64,000 bases of DNA, taken from the NCBI GenBank assembly GCA_002269645.1, contig NIVC01001887.1, forward strand, positions 186,001-250,000. The letters are read 5' to 3'. Below are positions 61,290 through 64,000 of the stretch, piece after piece. The notes beneath the pieces were generated by a model. The model was not told where the DNA came from. It saw nothing but the letters and a program-made list of their open reading frames with translations, and searched no databases. Every line of letters begins with the position of its first letter. The first letter of the stretch is position 1. The position numbers and the translations under genes are program-made. The stretch comes from Macrostomum lignano (Eukaryota).

Positions 61290-62935
61290 GAAATCTTAGC
61301 AGAGAAACACCTCTAGACCCTTGAAGATACTTTGTTTTTCGTATATTGAAAATCTGTCAATTTCCTGTTGCAATCGTCAGTGATATTTATCAAAAGCTGG
61401 CTTCTGTTTCACCTTTGCTTTTCTTCTTTCTGGTAGCGTTAAAACTTTTTGAGGAGGGAAAGAAGAGAGTTAGTCAAAAGGCCTCGTGTAGTGCATGTAG
61501 ACAGTGCATGTAAACTACATGTAGTGCATTAGAAATGTAAGTGCAGCCAAGAGCCAACAGAAAGCTGAGGAAATTCATGCTTGACGTCAGAGTCAGGCAT
61601 TGAGCCCGGCAGCGCGAGGGAAGATGTTGAAGCGTTTTGCGGGGGCAGCGACAACTCTTTACTCACTGAAGAGGCGGGTGATTAAACAAAGGATTAGGCC
61701 TTCTTTCATCTGAGATGCTGGGGTTTCAAGTCAGGCAAAAAATGTTTTGCCAATGCTTGACTGTCAATCGATGGAGTGGAAAATTTTGAAAAGCCAATAG
61801 CCTGGTCTCCATGGCTACCACGGCGGGAGAAGGAGAAGAGGGCGGGGCCAGAAACCAGAAGCTGTCGTATTGTTGGTTGAGTTGGTTGTGTTGACTGCAT
61901 TGTTGGTTGAGAGGCATTATTTTCAGGAAATTTCTGCTTCTCTCAATCCCTCATAGTTTTGTGCAAGATGCAGGCAGACCTGCTCCTCGAACTGTGAGTG
62001 TCAGTCAAGTCTTCAGTCAGGCATCCCTGTAGTGTGTGTTGAAGTTACGGTTAGGCAAGATGAATTCAGAGCAAAACACTTTTTTGTTGCGCTGACAGTT
62101 CTAGAAAAAAAAAGAATCGAGCGATTTGTTTATATTTGCTTCATCTACGGAAATTCGGATCAGACGCCGAACTTACAGAATTGAGTGATAAATAATTTTG
62201 AAAATAGCAGATTAGCAGAGGTTAGGAGAGTATATAAATATGAATTTTTGCCTGCGTAGAATATTTGCCCAGCGTCTTTAATGGAAAAAGCTTGAAAACA
62301 TTGCATTGTCTCAAAGAGTTGAATTTTGGCTTCCAGCCTTTTGCTTTTAGCATTCATTTCCGCGCTTCTGTTCAACCCGGAAAGTAAGCTTCAAGCCAGT
62401 GGCAGCCTCAACGCAGACGGAGAGCCAGAACAGTAAAAAACCAAAGAATAATTTTTTTAAAGTTTTGCCAAGGCGAGTACAGGTGGCGGCTTCACGATGC
62501 ATTCACAAGAGAGCCTCCAGTCTTTGGCTTTCATACGCAAAGCAGCTGGTACTTTTTAGGAATGCATTGATGATAGAAGGCTTTGAGTAAGGAAAAAGCA
62601 GTGGAAAAAGTTTATGCTTAATAAGTACGAGAGAAAAAATAATCAAAGATATTTCTGTCGTAGACAAAATATAAAATTCATGCGGTCCCGCACGCATGAC
62701 CTTACCATTCCAAAATAAAGAAGCATTAAATATTTCCAACCATTAGCTGCTGGGATCCTATTGCTGAAAGAGGAAAGGTAGAACTTGCCACTTTTCTAAT
62801 GCACCGCTACATTTTTTTGACCAAACACTCTCCCCAGCAGTTTAAAAATCATCCAAGCGTAATGTCTTTTATAAAAATGTTTAAGAACAGCGAAAAGTTC
62901 TTTCATGATTGACGAAAACTCCACCCCTTCCGCGT

Positions 62936-63682
62936 TTAGCCGAATGGGGACTGGCACTCGCACAGACCTTCGCTATTGCTTGGCGACATGTCGGACAGCC
63001 GTTCCCTTCCGTTATAAGCAGCGAGCAAGCCTTGTCCTCCGGAGTCGTCATTGGGCTCGCCATCGCTCCAGAGGTTGCTGCTGACGGTGTTGTTGCAGCC
63101 GACCCAGTACCAGCCGCCATCAGGCTCAGCGCTGCCGGGCGCCTGAAATCCTCCTAGCCACAGAGTGTTTCTGCTCCCATGGAGTGACCTCACGTGCTTT
63201 ATGTGCTCCAATTCTTCCATGCTCATCACGTCCGCCATGATCACCAGACCGCTCTCCGACTCGCATGTCGATTTTATGTCATTCCACGAGCCGCTGACCA
63301 CCTTGTACTTGACTCCGCAGAAGTCGTCTCCGTATCCGGACGGACACAGCCGTCCCGCCGGCAGTCCCGGCTGCTGCCTCACGAACACCCGGCCTCGTCT
63401 CGAGCAGCCGCAGTCCCTCACAGACTTGCTGCACTTGTTGAACTCGAACAGCTGGCACGGACCGTCGGACAGGCTGTAGGCCTGGCACTGCGGTCTCAGG
63501 CCACACAGGATGGCGCAGTGCTCCACCGATGTAACTCCAGTGATGTTGCGGACGAAGTCGCTGTTGATGCACAGGGAGCCGTTGATGGGAGTGAATCTCA
63601 GGGAGCAGGCCTGGCTGCTCAGAGCAGAGCTCAGCAGTGATAAAAAGACGAAGCAAACCAGAAGGCTGCCAATTTCATACAT
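62936..63682 (-). CDS. Secreted PAN/apple-like + C-type lectin domain protein (248 aa), single coding exon
   Basis: Signal peptide SLLVCFVFLSLLSSALS; PAN-like SVEHCAILCGLRPQCQAYSL...C; CTLD CPSGY..SWNDIKSTC..LWLGG..EPDGGWYW..WSDGEPN. Confidence 0.88.
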   Translation of the reverse strand: MYEIGSLLVCFVFLSLLSSALSSQACSLRFTPINGSLCINSDFVRNITGVTSVEHCAILCGLRPQCQAYSLSDGPCQLFEFNKCSKSVRDCGCSRRGRVFVRQQPGLPAGRLCPSGYGDDFCGVKYKVVSGSWNDIKSTCESESGLVIMADVMSMEELEHIKHVRSLHGSRNTLWLGGFQAPGSAEPDGGWYWVGCNNTVSSNLWSDGEPNDDSGGQGLLAAYNGRERLSDMSPSNSEGLCECQSPFG

Positions 63683-64000
63683 GCTTGTTGCCGTGCGGCT
63701 TGTTGCTAAGAGTAAATAGACTCACTTTCTTTATGTGCGATGGTGAGCTCAGGCAGGTGAGTTGCCGTTTTGCTATTGGATGAACCAGTACTGACTCTCT
63801 TTACTTGCTGACTCAATTTTTCGTGCGTTCCATACCTTTATGGCTGCTTGGGTACCATTTAGATTGCCGTCTTTGCTTTTATAGAACAACTTATAATGAT
63901 AAATTATATGATAATAATATTAATTAAATTTAATATGATATAAATATAAATTATAGTTCCATAAATAACGTTTCAGTGGGATATTTCTCGGAGGAAATCA

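Overview
Eukaryotic (animal) genomic DNA. GC-rich exons, minisatellite-filled introns and poly-Q tracts suggest the flatworm Macrostomum lignano, but this is an inference and was not verified. Genes reconstructed by hand from splice sites and reading-frame phases: (1) a 15-exon nephrin/Sns/SYG-2-type Ig+FN3 adhesion receptor (-, 7994-21454); (2) a 2-exon GAT-domain TOM1-like protein with a poly-Q N-terminus and no visible VHS domain (+, 24921-26375); (3) a 16-exon BROMI/TBC1D32 gene with several single-base frame lesions (+, 27449-39922); (4) a single-coding-exon GT10 alpha-1,3-fucosyltransferase (+, 48891-50051); (5) four divergent four-TM modules (+, ~53371-61289) whose boundaries carry phase-2 splice signals, so they may be exons of one ~16-TM protein; (6) a secreted PAN/C-type lectin (-, 62936-63682). 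Mobile DNA: two decayed mariners, a deleted Tc1 and its mini-derivative, hAT-type MITEs, a GGG-ended TIR element with an 8-bp TSD, three tRNA-headed SINE copies (two with a CORE-like domain), a LINE endonuclease remnant, and a young 2.4-kb Gypsy-type element with identical LTRs and an intact Gag-protease ORF but no RT, RNase H or integrase core. Nearly 30 distinct micro- and minisatellite arrays are present. Most long ORFs in the six-frame track are translations of these repeats.
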